NCBI GenBank assembly: GCA_963837955.1
Contig: CAWIPH010000002.1
Span: 736,001-800,000 of the forward strand
Source of the DNA: an uncultured Verrucomicrobiae bacterium
GTDB lineage: Bacteria > Verrucomicrobiota > Verrucomicrobiia > Chthoniobacterales > JAFAMB01
DNA length: 64,000 nucleotides
Reading direction: 5' to 3'
The translations under genes and the position numbers were made by a program. This document shows positions 9,944 through 19,128 of the stretch, one piece after another. The notes below the pieces were generated by a model. The model worked only from the letters and a program-made list of their open reading frames with translations. It was not told the DNA's origin and did not search any database. Numbering within the stretch: the stretch's first letter is position 1; the number at the start of each line of letters is the position of its first letter.

Positions 9944-10759
9944 TCACTGCTTTTCAGTCAGCCGCATCGACTTCCCTGACTGGCCGCGCAGCGCCGCGAG
10001 AACTTCAGCCATAACGCTAATCGCAATCTCCTCCGGAGAATCGGCGCCTATATCGAAACCGATCGGTGCATGCACCCGCTCTAAGTCGGTCGAGTCAATT
10101 CCCTGAAGCTTTAGCTCTTCGTAAACGCGGCGGACTTTTCTCTTACTCCCCATCATTCCGATGTAGCCAAAACCTTCAGCTTTCAACGCAGCCTGCAAAG
10201 CGTCACGATCGAGTTGGTAGTTTCGATTCACCAAGATCAGCGCGTCCGAACGCCGCCACGATTGCTCATTGATCCACCTAGCTGGTTCAGGCTCGACCTT
10301 TTTTTCGTCGGCCGCTTCAAAACTTTGAACGATCTCCGGCCGATCTTCGATCAAAACCGTTCGAAACCCGCAACTTCGTGCCAAGCGGGCGATGGCGATC
10401 GCGCAATGGCCGGCGCCGAAGAGATAAATGGTCTCACTCCGATTCTGTGGTTCGAGCAAAGCTGTGACTTCGCCGCCGCAAATCGCACCGAACGAATCCG
10501 GCGACCCTTCGCGCAGAATATAAGTCTTCAATTCCGGCTTACCTGTTTGCAGCGTTGCGAGCGAATCCGCAATGACGAGCGCCTCAAATTTTCCTCCTCC
10601 GATCGTACCGCTGATCTCGCCGGAGCCGTAGACGATCATTCGGGTCCCTGCTTGCCTGGGGACCGAGCCCTTCGTTGCGGCCACTGTCACCAATACGCAT
10701 TCCCTGCCGTTGGCTCTCGCTTCCAGAAGCTCTTCAAGGATGGGTTGGTTCATGCTCAC
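9944..10759 (-). CDS. xdhC: Xanthine dehydrogenase accessory protein XdhC/CoxI
   Basis: GSVPRQAG, GTIGGGKFE, ICGG, FGAGH, YIGMMGSKRK, PIGFDIGADSPEEIAIS. Confidence 0.93.
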   Translation of the reverse strand: MSMNQPILEELLEARANGRECVLVTVAATKGSVPRQAGTRMIVYGSGEISGTIGGGKFEALVIADSLATLQTGKPELKTYILREGSPDSFGAICGGEVTALLEPQNRSETIYLFGAGHCAIAIARLARSCGFRTVLIEDRPEIVQSFEAADEKKVEPEPARWINEQSWRRSDALILVNRNYQLDRDALQAALKAEGFGYIGMMGSKRKVRRVYEELKLQGIDSTDLERVHAPIGFDIGADSPEEIAISVMAEVLAALRGQSGKSMRLTEKQ

Positions 10760-10785
10760 TTACGGTGTCGGCTAGACGTCATTTG

Positions 10786-11628
10786 CTATTCTTCTCTCGC
10801 GACCGTGCCTTCGATCCAACCTTGCGGTGCGTCGGTCGGCACAAATAGCGTATTCTGGTTTTGTCGATGGAACGGTGAAAGATCAATAAGCAGGCAGTGC
10901 AGGTTGGGCATCGTCAGACTGATTCGTTCGATTTCTGAACAGTTTTCCAAAGCAGCTTTTCCCATCTCGTAGAGTGAAGCCTGCACCGACGGGCTCTCTT
11001 TGGAACCGAAAGCGGACAACATGGCCTCGACGACCCGCGCGTTCGTTGCGCGATAGTCCGCCGGTTTTCCACGATAAATCCACAGGCTAGTGAGACTTGT
11101 CGCCAAAAGCCGGTCAGCAGAGTCGGGTAGAGTAGTAAACTCGTCTCGATGAAAATCTGCGAATCTCGAGCCGGCGGATTTGAGAATAATCAGTCCGCGG
11201 ATCCCTGAGATAATCTCGATGTGATGGCGGGATCGAGTCACGCGGGTCGTAGGTACCATGTTCCCGGCGGCGAAAAAGTTGGTTGGAGAAGGAGTTCCAT
11301 TCACCGCCATGCGTTCCCAAACCCGTTCTTCTGTTTCAACCTGGACGCCGGTCACTTGCGGATATCTTTCGAGGAAATGGGCTGCGAGCTCGGCTACAAA
11401 TGGTTCGGTCTCCAAACCCAGCTTCTCGTGAGCCAGCACGTTGATTATATTTTTCATTGTGTCGGTGGCCACGACTTCTCGATTGTCGCCCGCCGTGTAA
11501 GAGGCATCGAAAGCCCCTTCCAAGATGACTTTCACTTCCAATTCCTTGAAGGTATGTACGTCATCGGCATGCAGTTTTTTTAAGACGCGAACCTTGGCTT
11601 TTCCGTACCGGTTAGAGTGGAGCTTCAT
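10786..11628 (-). CDS. uox: Factor-independent urate oxidase (uricase)
   Basis: YGKAKVRV, VVATDTMKN, ILKSAGSRF, TTLPD..DRLLAT, SPSVQASLY, MPNLH. Confidence 0.95.
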   Translation of the reverse strand: MKLHSNRYGKAKVRVLKKLHADDVHTFKELEVKVILEGAFDASYTAGDNREVVATDTMKNIINVLAHEKLGLETEPFVAELAAHFLERYPQVTGVQVETEERVWERMAVNGTPSPTNFFAAGNMVPTTRVTRSRHHIEIISGIRGLIILKSAGSRFADFHRDEFTTLPDSADRLLATSLTSLWIYRGKPADYRATNARVVEAMLSAFGSKESPSVQASLYEMGKAALENCSEIERISLTMPNLHCLLIDLSPFHRQNQNTLFVPTDAPQGWIEGTVAREE

Positions 11629-11675
11629 GGAACTAGATCAAATGGGGAGCGCGACGAACATAGGATGAATCTCTG

Positions 11676-11691
11676 TGGCGTATGATTTGCT
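11676..11691 (+). promoter_or_regulatory. Putative sigma-54 promoter for uraD-uraH-allC-allB
   Basis: TGGCGTATGATTTGCT, close to the TGGCAC-N5-TTGCW consensus. Confidence 0.6.
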
Positions 11692-11770
11692 TGTGCATTG
11701 TATCATAGGAAGCTGATCTGCGGTTGGTGAACCGAGCAGGTTGCAAGCCATCAGCTTTTCGACCACTGCC

Positions 11771-12289
11771 ATGGCGAACGTTTGTTACAAGTTAGACGCT
11801 GTGAATAATATGGATCACTCGTCCTTTATTCAGCACTTTGGCTCAATCTATGAACATTCGCCTTGGGTAGCTGACGGCGCTTGGCACCAACGCCCATTTG
11901 CCTCGGTCGCGGCGCTTCATGCCGCGATGGATTCTGTCATGTTTGCCGCTCCGATTGCGAAACAGATGGCTTTGGTCCGAGCTCACCCCGAATTGGCTGG
12001 ACGGCTTGCTCGGCTCGGCCAACTTACTGCCGCTTCGCGATCGGAACAAAATCAGGCCGGTTTGGACCAATTGACGCCGGATCAAATCAACAGGATGAAC
12101 CGGTTCAATGCTGAGTATCTCGCTAAATTCGAATTTCCATTTATCATTTGCGCCCGGCTCAATGATGCGAACTCGATTATCGGTGCGCTGGAAGCACGAA
12201 TAGGTAATTTTCCAGAAAAGGAGTTTCAAACCGCGTTGCACGAAATCTCAAAGATTGCCAAACTGCGGCTCGCGGATGCCGTGATATGA
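11771..12289 (+). CDS. uraD: OHCU decarboxylase
   Basis: FGSIYEHSPWVA, RAHPELAG, SRSEQ, Y..KFEFPFIIC, EISKIAKLRL. Confidence 0.93.
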   Translation: MANVCYKLDAVNNMDHSSFIQHFGSIYEHSPWVADGAWHQRPFASVAALHAAMDSVMFAAPIAKQMALVRAHPELAGRLARLGQLTAASRSEQNQAGLDQLTPDQINRMNRFNAEYLAKFEFPFIICARLNDANSIIGALEARIGNFPEKEFQTALHEISKIAKLRLADAVI

Positions 12290-12630
12290 AGGGAAAGCTT
12301 TCTACACACGTCCTCGATATTTCTGTCGGGCGCCCTGGTGCGGGCATTTCCGTACAACTTTGGCGCTTGGACGGCGACGCCAGGAAACTAGTAAGGTCGA
12401 CGATCACGAATCTTGATGGGCGGACGAATACGCCTCTACTCGATCCCGACGAGATGGTTGCGGGTGAGTACGAACTGGTATTCCAGGTTGGCGGCTACTT
12501 CGAGCGAACCGGACGCGAGACCTTTCTTCAGGACATTCCGATCAGATTTCGGATTACTCAGCCTGAAGAATCATACCACGTACCTTTGCTGGTTTCACCG
12601 TGGGCCTACAGCACCTACCGAGGCAGTTAA
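12286..12630 (+). CDS. uraH: 5-hydroxyisourate hydrolase
   Basis: LSTHVLD, TNLDGR, YHVPLLVSP and the C-terminal YRGS signature. Confidence 0.97.
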   Translation: MKGKLSTHVLDISVGRPGAGISVQLWRLDGDARKLVRSTITNLDGRTNTPLLDPDEMVAGEYELVFQVGGYFERTGRETFLQDIPIRFRITQPEESYHVPLLVSPWAYSTYRGS

Positions 12631-13884
12631 ATGGCAATCGTTTCGTGGGAAGATCGGGCCCGCCGCATTGAGCAACGGTTGCAGGAATTAGCCGGCATCA
12701 CCGACGAACCTGGAATGGTCACTCGGACATTTCTGTCCTCGGCCATGAAAAAGGTAAACGTTCGGGTGAAGGAGTGGATGGAAGAAGCTGGTCTGGAAAC
12801 TGAGGAAGATTACGCGACCAACTTAATCGGGCGACGAAGCACGGACAGCCATCTGCCGATCTTGCTTATCGGGTCTCATCTAGACACGATTCGGAATGCC
12901 GGCCGCTACGATGGGCCGCTCGGCGTGATGTTAGGGATTGAGGTGGCTGATTGGAGCAGAAACGTTAGCCGCCAATTTCCGTTCGAGCTTGCCCTGGTTG
13001 CTTTCGGCGATGAAGAAGGAGTTCGGTTCAAAACCGGCTTCATCGGTAGCAGTGCTTTTTGCGGTCTGCTGAGCAATGCCGATCTGGAGGCTGTCGATGC
13101 TGAAGGAGTCGCACTTGGCTCTCTACTTTCGGATCGGATTGCTGAACCGGTTCAGCTTCGCCGGCCCACTTTTCCCCTGGAACGCCTCATTGGTTATTTC
13201 GAAGCGCACATAGAGCAAGGTCCGGTGCTTGAGCACTTGAACCGCGAACTTGGCGCGGTCACAGCCATCGCCGGACAAGCCCGGCTACGCTGCGTTTGGA
13301 CTGGCAAGGCATCTCATGCCGGAACGACCCCGATCGACCTCCGGAAAGATGCGTTGGTTGGTGCGGCCGCTTTTGTGCAGGAGGTAGATCGAGTTGCGCG
13401 CGAATGGCCGGGTTTAATGGCGACAGTGGGTGAATTGCGCGTTGAGCCAAATGTCAGCAACGTGGTTCCGGCTCGCGTGACTCACTCCCTGGATGTGCGC
13501 CATCAAGACAATGGAGCCCGAATAGCTGCCGGGACTAAGCTGCGGGAACTAGCTACCGCCATCGCGGTGGAACACGGGTTAGTCCTAGACTGGCAGTCCT
13601 TGCAGGATACTAACTCAACACCGTGTGACCACGGACTGATTACTTCGCTTCGCGCCGCTATTAAAAAAGTGACTGGTGAGGCGGTCGATCTGCCGAGCGG
13701 AGCTGGGCATGATGGAGTCATGCTTTCCCGGATCTGCCCTGTGGCAATGCTGTTCGTACGGTGTCGAGATGGTTTGAGCCATCATCCCGACGAATTTGTT
13801 GATCTGGCGGACGTGGCTGCGGCTTTGTCGGCCACGGCGGAATTTCTCGACGAATTATCGATTCGCTTAGCACACTCCAAATGA
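12631..13884 (+). CDS. allC: Allantoate amidohydrolase (M20 family)
   Basis: TRTFLS, GSHLDTI, GRYDGPLG, DEEGVRF, EAHIEQGP, HAGTTP, SGAGHDG, SHHPDE; sits between uraH and allB. Confidence 0.88.
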   Translation: MAIVSWEDRARRIEQRLQELAGITDEPGMVTRTFLSSAMKKVNVRVKEWMEEAGLETEEDYATNLIGRRSTDSHLPILLIGSHLDTIRNAGRYDGPLGVMLGIEVADWSRNVSRQFPFELALVAFGDEEGVRFKTGFIGSSAFCGLLSNADLEAVDAEGVALGSLLSDRIAEPVQLRRPTFPLERLIGYFEAHIEQGPVLEHLNRELGAVTAIAGQARLRCVWTGKASHAGTTPIDLRKDALVGAAAFVQEVDRVAREWPGLMATVGELRVEPNVSNVVPARVTHSLDVRHQDNGARIAAGTKLRELATAIAVEHGLVLDWQSLQDTNSTPCDHGLITSLRAAIKKVTGEAVDLPSGAGHDGVMLSRICPVAMLFVRCRDGLSHHPDEFVDLADVAAALSATAEFLDELSIRLAHSK

Positions 13885-15245
13885 AGCCGTGGGATCTTCT
13901 TATTCGCAGCGGCTCGGTTGTTACACCGGAACACGTACTTATCGGGGATGTTGCTGTATCGGGAGAGACAATTGTGGCGATCGGCGCCAATCTGGAAGGT
14001 GCCGCCGCGCAGATCGTGGATGGATCTGGCGCGTTCCTTTTTCCCGGCTTCATTGACGCTCATGTGCATTTCAATGAGCCGGGGCGCGCGAACTGGGAAG
14101 GGATCTCCTGTGGTTCGCGCTCGCTAGCGGCTGGCGGCGGGACCCTCTATTTCGATATGCCGCTAAACTCCAGTCCACCGACCCTTGACGGTCCCACTCT
14201 GCTGCAAAAGCGAGAGATGGCGGAGGCGAAATCGATCACTGATTTCGCGCTGTGGGGAGGATTAACGCCGGTGAATGTGGCCCAGATGGAGGAACTGGCT
14301 GACCTCGGTGTAATCGGTTTTAAAGCATTCATGAGCGATAGCGGGATCAGCGATTTTCCGCGAGCGGACGAGAAAACGCTGAAGCAAGGAATGCAGCGAG
14401 CTGCCCAAATAGGATTGCCGGTTGCCGTTCACGCCGAAGATCAAGAGCTGACAGCAAAGTTAACCGCAGACCTGCGCGCCGCTGGGAAAACGGCGTGGAC
14501 GGATTACTTACAATCGCGGCCGGTGGAAGCGGAGTTAATTGCGATTCGAACGGCTCTTGATTTGGCGGGCGAAACCGGCTGTCAGCTCCATATCGTGCAT
14601 GTCAGTTGTCCGGAAGGAATTGATCTGGTGACTCAGGCTCGCCGCAAAGGCGTCAACGTCTCAGTCGAAACTTGCCCGCACTATTTGCTACTGGCCGACC
14701 GAGACTTGGAAAAGCTTGGTGCGCCGGCGAAGTGCGCGCCACCGTTGCGAGACGAGCGATGCCGCTCGGCGCTCTGGAATCACCTGCGAGCGGGAATGAT
14801 CGACACGCTCGGTTCCGATCACTCGCCGGCGCCGCCCGAAATGAAGGTTTCCACGGACGCCTTTTCGATCTGGGGTGGCATCTCAGGCTGTCAACATGGT
14901 CTCGGGTTGGTGTTAGATGAACTATTCAGGGTGGACGGCACCGAGGGGCTCCGCCGTTTCACCGGAATGACCGGGACCAGGGTAGCCGAACGATTTAGAG
15001 TTGGCGCGAAAGGAGCAATTGCTCCTGGGTATAGTGCCGATCTGGTGCTTGTCGCTTTCGGCGAGGGTACCGAAATCACCGAGGAGAATCTTCGATACCG
15101 GCACAAAATGAGCCCATATGTCGGAAAATTGATCCGAACGCAAGTCCGCCGTACCTGGCTGCGCGGACGACAAATCTACGGCGAAGGTTTGACGGCTGAG
15201 CCGAAGCCGAGAGGGCGGATGGTGAGGCCGAATGGTGTAGCCTGA
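13881..15245 (+). CDS. allB: Allantoinase
   Basis: IDAHVHFNEPGR, AAGGGT..FDMPLNSSPPT, VHAED, ETCPHYL, KCAPPLR, SDHSP, WGGISG. Confidence 0.93.
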   Translation: MKPWDLLIRSGSVVTPEHVLIGDVAVSGETIVAIGANLEGAAAQIVDGSGAFLFPGFIDAHVHFNEPGRANWEGISCGSRSLAAGGGTLYFDMPLNSSPPTLDGPTLLQKREMAEAKSITDFALWGGLTPVNVAQMEELADLGVIGFKAFMSDSGISDFPRADEKTLKQGMQRAAQIGLPVAVHAEDQELTAKLTADLRAAGKTAWTDYLQSRPVEAELIAIRTALDLAGETGCQLHIVHVSCPEGIDLVTQARRKGVNVSVETCPHYLLLADRDLEKLGAPAKCAPPLRDERCRSALWNHLRAGMIDTLGSDHSPAPPEMKVSTDAFSIWGGISGCQHGLGLVLDELFRVDGTEGLRRFTGMTGTRVAERFRVGAKGAIAPGYSADLVLVAFGEGTEITEENLRYRHKMSPYVGKLIRTQVRRTWLRGRQIYGEGLTAEPKPRGRMVRPNGVA

Positions 15246-15459
15246 TCCTCCTGGCTCAGGTACGCAGGGCTGCACCGATAGTGAAAAGTGATTGGTGAAT
15301 GGTGGAGGCCTATCGGCAAACCCTCGACAGAAATCTCTCACCCCTTTCTCACTAAACACTAAACACTAATCACCGCTCACCGATCCGAATTCGACCAGAA
15401 ATTGGCGAGAAGCCGGACTTTCCCCCACATTTGGTACGACTTCCGCTACAGCCAACGAA

Positions 15460-16131
15460 ATGGATCTAGGGCAGAAACTCCAGTTTTATAGGCGGATACG
15501 CCGAATGTCGTTGCGCGACGTCGCCGAAAAGGCGGACTGTTCGCCCAGTTTTCTTTCTCAGATTGAACTGGATCGTGTTTCACCTACCGTCAAAAGCCTA
15601 AGAAAAATATGCCGTGCGCTTGGCGTGACACCCGCAGATTTTCTTCGAGAAGAGGCCCTCATCGAAGGCCCCGTTGTGATTCCGACGAATCGGGAACGTT
15701 GTCCGGTAATTGTCGAATGGAAGAAGGCCAAGCTCCTTCATTTTTTGCCGGCGGAGGCGAGTAGTCCTTTTACGGCCCTTTTGCTTCGCATCGAGCCCGG
15801 TGGATCTACGCCACCACGGCATGCAATTTATTCGCTCAAGGAGCTCTGCATCGTCCTAAAGGGAGATTTGCGGTGTCACATCGGGCAGACGGTTTACCCG
15901 CTGGCCACCGGTGAAAGTATTTTCTTTGACCTGCTTACCGCGCACTCCTGGTTTAATCCGGGCCAAGATGTCGGAGAAGTTCTGTTAACAAGCCCTAATT
16001 CTTTTCACCTGTTCGAACAGGTCGAGAATGATGTGCGTTGGCACGTTACCTGGAAACGCCAGCGCCGATTGCGACGAGGCGAGAAGAAAAGTCCGGAAGT
16101 TCAGAAGTTCGAGAGCTCCGGAGGGGAATAA
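15460..16131 (+). CDS. XRE-family HTH regulator with C-terminal cupin domain
   Basis: MSLRDVAEKADCSPSFLSQIE...PTVKSL HTH, followed by cupin-like ELCIVLKG...GESIFFD...H. Confidence 0.88.
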   Translation: MDLGQKLQFYRRIRRMSLRDVAEKADCSPSFLSQIELDRVSPTVKSLRKICRALGVTPADFLREEALIEGPVVIPTNRERCPVIVEWKKAKLLHFLPAEASSPFTALLLRIEPGGSTPPRHAIYSLKELCIVLKGDLRCHIGQTVYPLATGESIFFDLLTAHSWFNPGQDVGEVLLTSPNSFHLFEQVENDVRWHVTWKRQRRLRRGEKKSPEVQKFESSGGE

Positions 16132-16236
16132 CAGAAGCTCACGACGTTCCCTCCTCGAGAATTCTCGCCCATCATCTGCAGCGGTGCCGCTTGGTGATTG
16201 GGTATCGGTTTGCTTCGCGCCACAGCGCCGATCCGC

Positions 16237-17700
16237 CTACGGAACCGGTAATTTGATTCCAAATTCGCGAGCAGCATAGGGGCTACCGGTAGCGTTAACC
16301 GAAGCGACCACCGATTTCCAGTCTCCAGAATAACGGCTTTCGAAACGGTGAACCGCGGCGACGTACGAATCGATCATTTGCTGTTTTTCGTTTGGTTGGA
16401 CGAAACTATATTCCAGGCTGTTCCTGCCCAGTTGCGTCAGCTCAGCCCAGCAAAGGTTAAAATTTTTGACGGCGACGAAGTATTCGTCCGTCATCGTAGA
16501 ACCCCACATTCCGCGATCGTCGGTATTCAAACAGACCGGAATCCCGAAACGCATAAAGCGCGGAAAAGGATGGTCATCGAAATTTTTTATGTATCCGAGG
16601 AGCTTGTTACTGATCAGATTCACCTCGACCAGGTTCTTATTGGCGCGCATCGCTACCATTGTTTCGGGATCCGATAGGAGATTCACGCCGTGGCCGATGC
16701 GTTGAGCACCAAGGAAGAGAGTGTCCCGAATATGATGATTCGGTTCGTCGCTTTCCCCGGCGTGAATCGAGAGACTGACCGCCGGATATTTCCCCATCAT
16801 TTTCCGATAAACGGAAAGGAAACGCGCCGGATACCCCTTCTCGTTGTCTTCCCGCCCGGCCATGTTGATTCCAACCCAGAGGTCGCGATGACGATCGACA
16901 AAAGCGTATGCATCTTCCACGCCTTGCTCAGCGGTTGGCGTGAAACGTAGCACGACAGCCTGGAATCGGACCGTAACGCCGGTGGCGACCGCATCTGGCT
17001 GACGCAAACGTTCTCGATACAGATCGGCCATCTGATCCACCGAAATCGAATTGCCATCCTTGTCGTGAAATTCGGTAGGTGCTCCCAGCCCGAATACCAG
17101 GTTCTGCGTCTCGATGTAGCGCACCCCTTCGGCTCCGAAATGTTTCATGTTTTCGACCAGCAGCTCGATCGTCACCGACGGGCTGTTGAGCATTCCGTGA
17201 ATCCGGGGCCAGATTTGCTCGAAAAATTTTTCCCGGCCATTCCCCGGTTCGCCCAGCCAAAGCGAGGATAGCCATTTTGCTTTGGTAGCAGCATCGATAC
17301 TGGCCAAAGGCTCGTATTCCGGTTTGGCGCTTTCGGGTAAACGATCGTATCGCCATTTCGGAATGGTGACGTAGAACATGAGCGGAGAAATGTTGGTGCT
17401 TGAATCAAGGATCTTGGTCCGCGTGTAAAAGGTATCGCCGTGCGTTTTCGTCGGGTCGGTCGCTATTCGGTACCACCACTCGGGCCAAACCGCACCATCC
17501 TGATGGTTGTGGAGGTCGCCCCCCTTTGGCAGATCGTAAAGAAAACGGTATAACTGTTCATCGTTTGCCGACTGTTTGATCTCCTCAAAACGCGCACTGA
17601 AATCGCTTTCTGCGTAGATCGGTGCGCCGGCCAAAGCGGCAAGAAGCAACAGCAGGGTAAGCTGACGGTTCGGCAGGTGACAGAGTCCTGAATTAAACAT
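16237..17700 (-). CDS. Secreted adenosine deaminase-family protein (ADA2/ADGF-like)
   Basis: Signal peptide LTLLLLLAALAGAPIYA; LPKGGDLHNH, IHAGE, RIGHG and NTDD catalytic motifs. Confidence 0.88.
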   Translation of the reverse strand: MFNSGLCHLPNRQLTLLLLLAALAGAPIYAESDFSARFEEIKQSANDEQLYRFLYDLPKGGDLHNHQDGAVWPEWWYRIATDPTKTHGDTFYTRTKILDSSTNISPLMFYVTIPKWRYDRLPESAKPEYEPLASIDAATKAKWLSSLWLGEPGNGREKFFEQIWPRIHGMLNSPSVTIELLVENMKHFGAEGVRYIETQNLVFGLGAPTEFHDKDGNSISVDQMADLYRERLRQPDAVATGVTVRFQAVVLRFTPTAEQGVEDAYAFVDRHRDLWVGINMAGREDNEKGYPARFLSVYRKMMGKYPAVSLSIHAGESDEPNHHIRDTLFLGAQRIGHGVNLLSDPETMVAMRANKNLVEVNLISNKLLGYIKNFDDHPFPRFMRFGIPVCLNTDDRGMWGSTMTDEYFVAVKNFNLCWAELTQLGRNSLEYSFVQPNEKQQMIDSYVAAVHRFESRYSGDWKSVVASVNATGSPYAAREFGIKLPVP

Positions 17701-18214
17701 TGTTCTCTCGAGTGTACTCTTGAATGACCTGGGCGTGGTGCGGGAACGCGTGAATCAGCTGAGCGCGGTCACCGAGCTCAAAATCCGAGAAGTCGAATGC
17801 CGGAACGACCGTGCAGCTGACAACTGCATACTCTCCGCCGGTCCGAACGCGTGAGCCTTGCCAAACTCCGGCTGGGACAACCAGGTGCAGAAGCATTCCT
17901 TTGTCGTGCTCGGGTCCAAGGACAAATCGCTGCAGTCCGGCCGGTCCAAGCCAAATCATCTCGAGTGGGTCTCCGTGATGAAAGCAGTAGATCTCTTCCG
18001 ATCGGAGTCGGTGCAAGGCTGAGAAACTTCCCGCGGTGATCAACGCATGTATGAGACTGAAGGCAGCGCGCGAGCCGATCGACCGGTCTGCCGCAATCGA
18101 ATCGAGCTTTCGCTCTGATATGACCGGCTCGGAGTAAAAAGCGCCCTCGCCTGGAATCGGTTTAAACCCAAATGCTGAAAAACGTTCGGGAACCAAGGTA
18201 GATAGTTGCGGCAT
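17693..18214 (-). CDS. Cupin_5 (DUF985) family protein
   Basis: P.PGEGAFY, FSALHRLRSEEIY..HHGDPL, VVPAGVWQGS, VSCTVVPAFDFSDFEL. Confidence 0.9.
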   Translation of the reverse strand: MPQLSTLVPERFSAFGFKPIPGEGAFYSEPVISERKLDSIAADRSIGSRAAFSLIHALITAGSFSALHRLRSEEIYCFHHGDPLEMIWLGPAGLQRFVLGPEHDKGMLLHLVVPAGVWQGSRVRTGGEYAVVSCTVVPAFDFSDFELGDRAQLIHAFPHHAQVIQEYTRENNV

Positions 18215-18266
18215 AACAGATGCTTAAAATGGCTTCTTTTATGGTGTTATCACGGACGACTCGACG

Positions 18267-19025
18267 ATGAGAACAGATTTCATACCGGATCCAACGACGC
18301 CAGCCCAATTGAGTGCGGCGATTCGTTTGCTCGTCGCTGATTTTGATGGACGTCCGACCACCCGAGTCGTTGGCACCGGCGGAAGAGCATTCGAATTTTT
18401 TCCGACCGCGATTACGGATAACATCCCGCCACTTCAGCCGAGCTTGTCTCACGCGGTCTGCCTGCTGAGTCGCTTTCATCTCGAGCACGTGAGCGAAGCA
18501 ACACTCGGCGTTGGCGAGGAAGACAGGGGAGCAATGATTATCTCGGATATTTTGCTTTCCCATAACCTCGCACGAACATTGGCGCGTTGGACTCCGTCGG
18601 GAGCTCCCGGCGAGATTCGGGTGCCACTGGCTAACGAATATGTGCAGGAGGGAAACGTCGACATTTACTTGAACGGCGTGACCGTAAGCGATCGAATCAT
18701 CCTCATCGACGATCTAATCAGTACCGGAGGAACGCTTGTCTCGCTGGTTCGAGCGATCAGACAAACTGGGGCGGAGATCCTCGAGATCTTCACAATAGGC
18801 GAAAAGAGCGAGAATCACGGTCGAGAACATTTGTTTCGGGAAACCGGGTTCAACGTTAAAACGCTGCTCCACTCCAGCTTGGAAACGAGGGATGGCAAAG
18901 TGTTTTCGAAGGTTGACCAAGTGCATTTGGGCCGGATGCCTGAGCCACTGATGGAGGAGGTGGCCAAGGATTTTCCGGCTGGCTTTTGTGTTTCTGGATC
19001 AGGAGGAGGCGTCCGTTCGATATAG
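18267..19025 (+). CDS. Type I purine phosphoribosyltransferase, archaeal Hpt-like
   Basis: PRPP-binding IILIDDLISTGGT; N-terminal FEFFPTAITDNIPPL. Confidence 0.8.
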   Translation: MRTDFIPDPTTPAQLSAAIRLLVADFDGRPTTRVVGTGGRAFEFFPTAITDNIPPLQPSLSHAVCLLSRFHLEHVSEATLGVGEEDRGAMIISDILLSHNLARTLARWTPSGAPGEIRVPLANEYVQEGNVDIYLNGVTVSDRIILIDDLISTGGTLVSLVRAIRQTGAEILEIFTIGEKSENHGREHLFRETGFNVKTLLHSSLETRDGKVFSKVDQVHLGRMPEPLMEEVAKDFPAGFCVSGSGGGVRSI

Positions 19026-19128
19026 AGAACAAGTGTACAATATTGATCTGGGTGATCTGTGTATCGGCTTTTTTTTAGCAACTCACTACGTGTAAACAAC
19101 TTGTCACGAAAACTGCTGCATCACTCCC

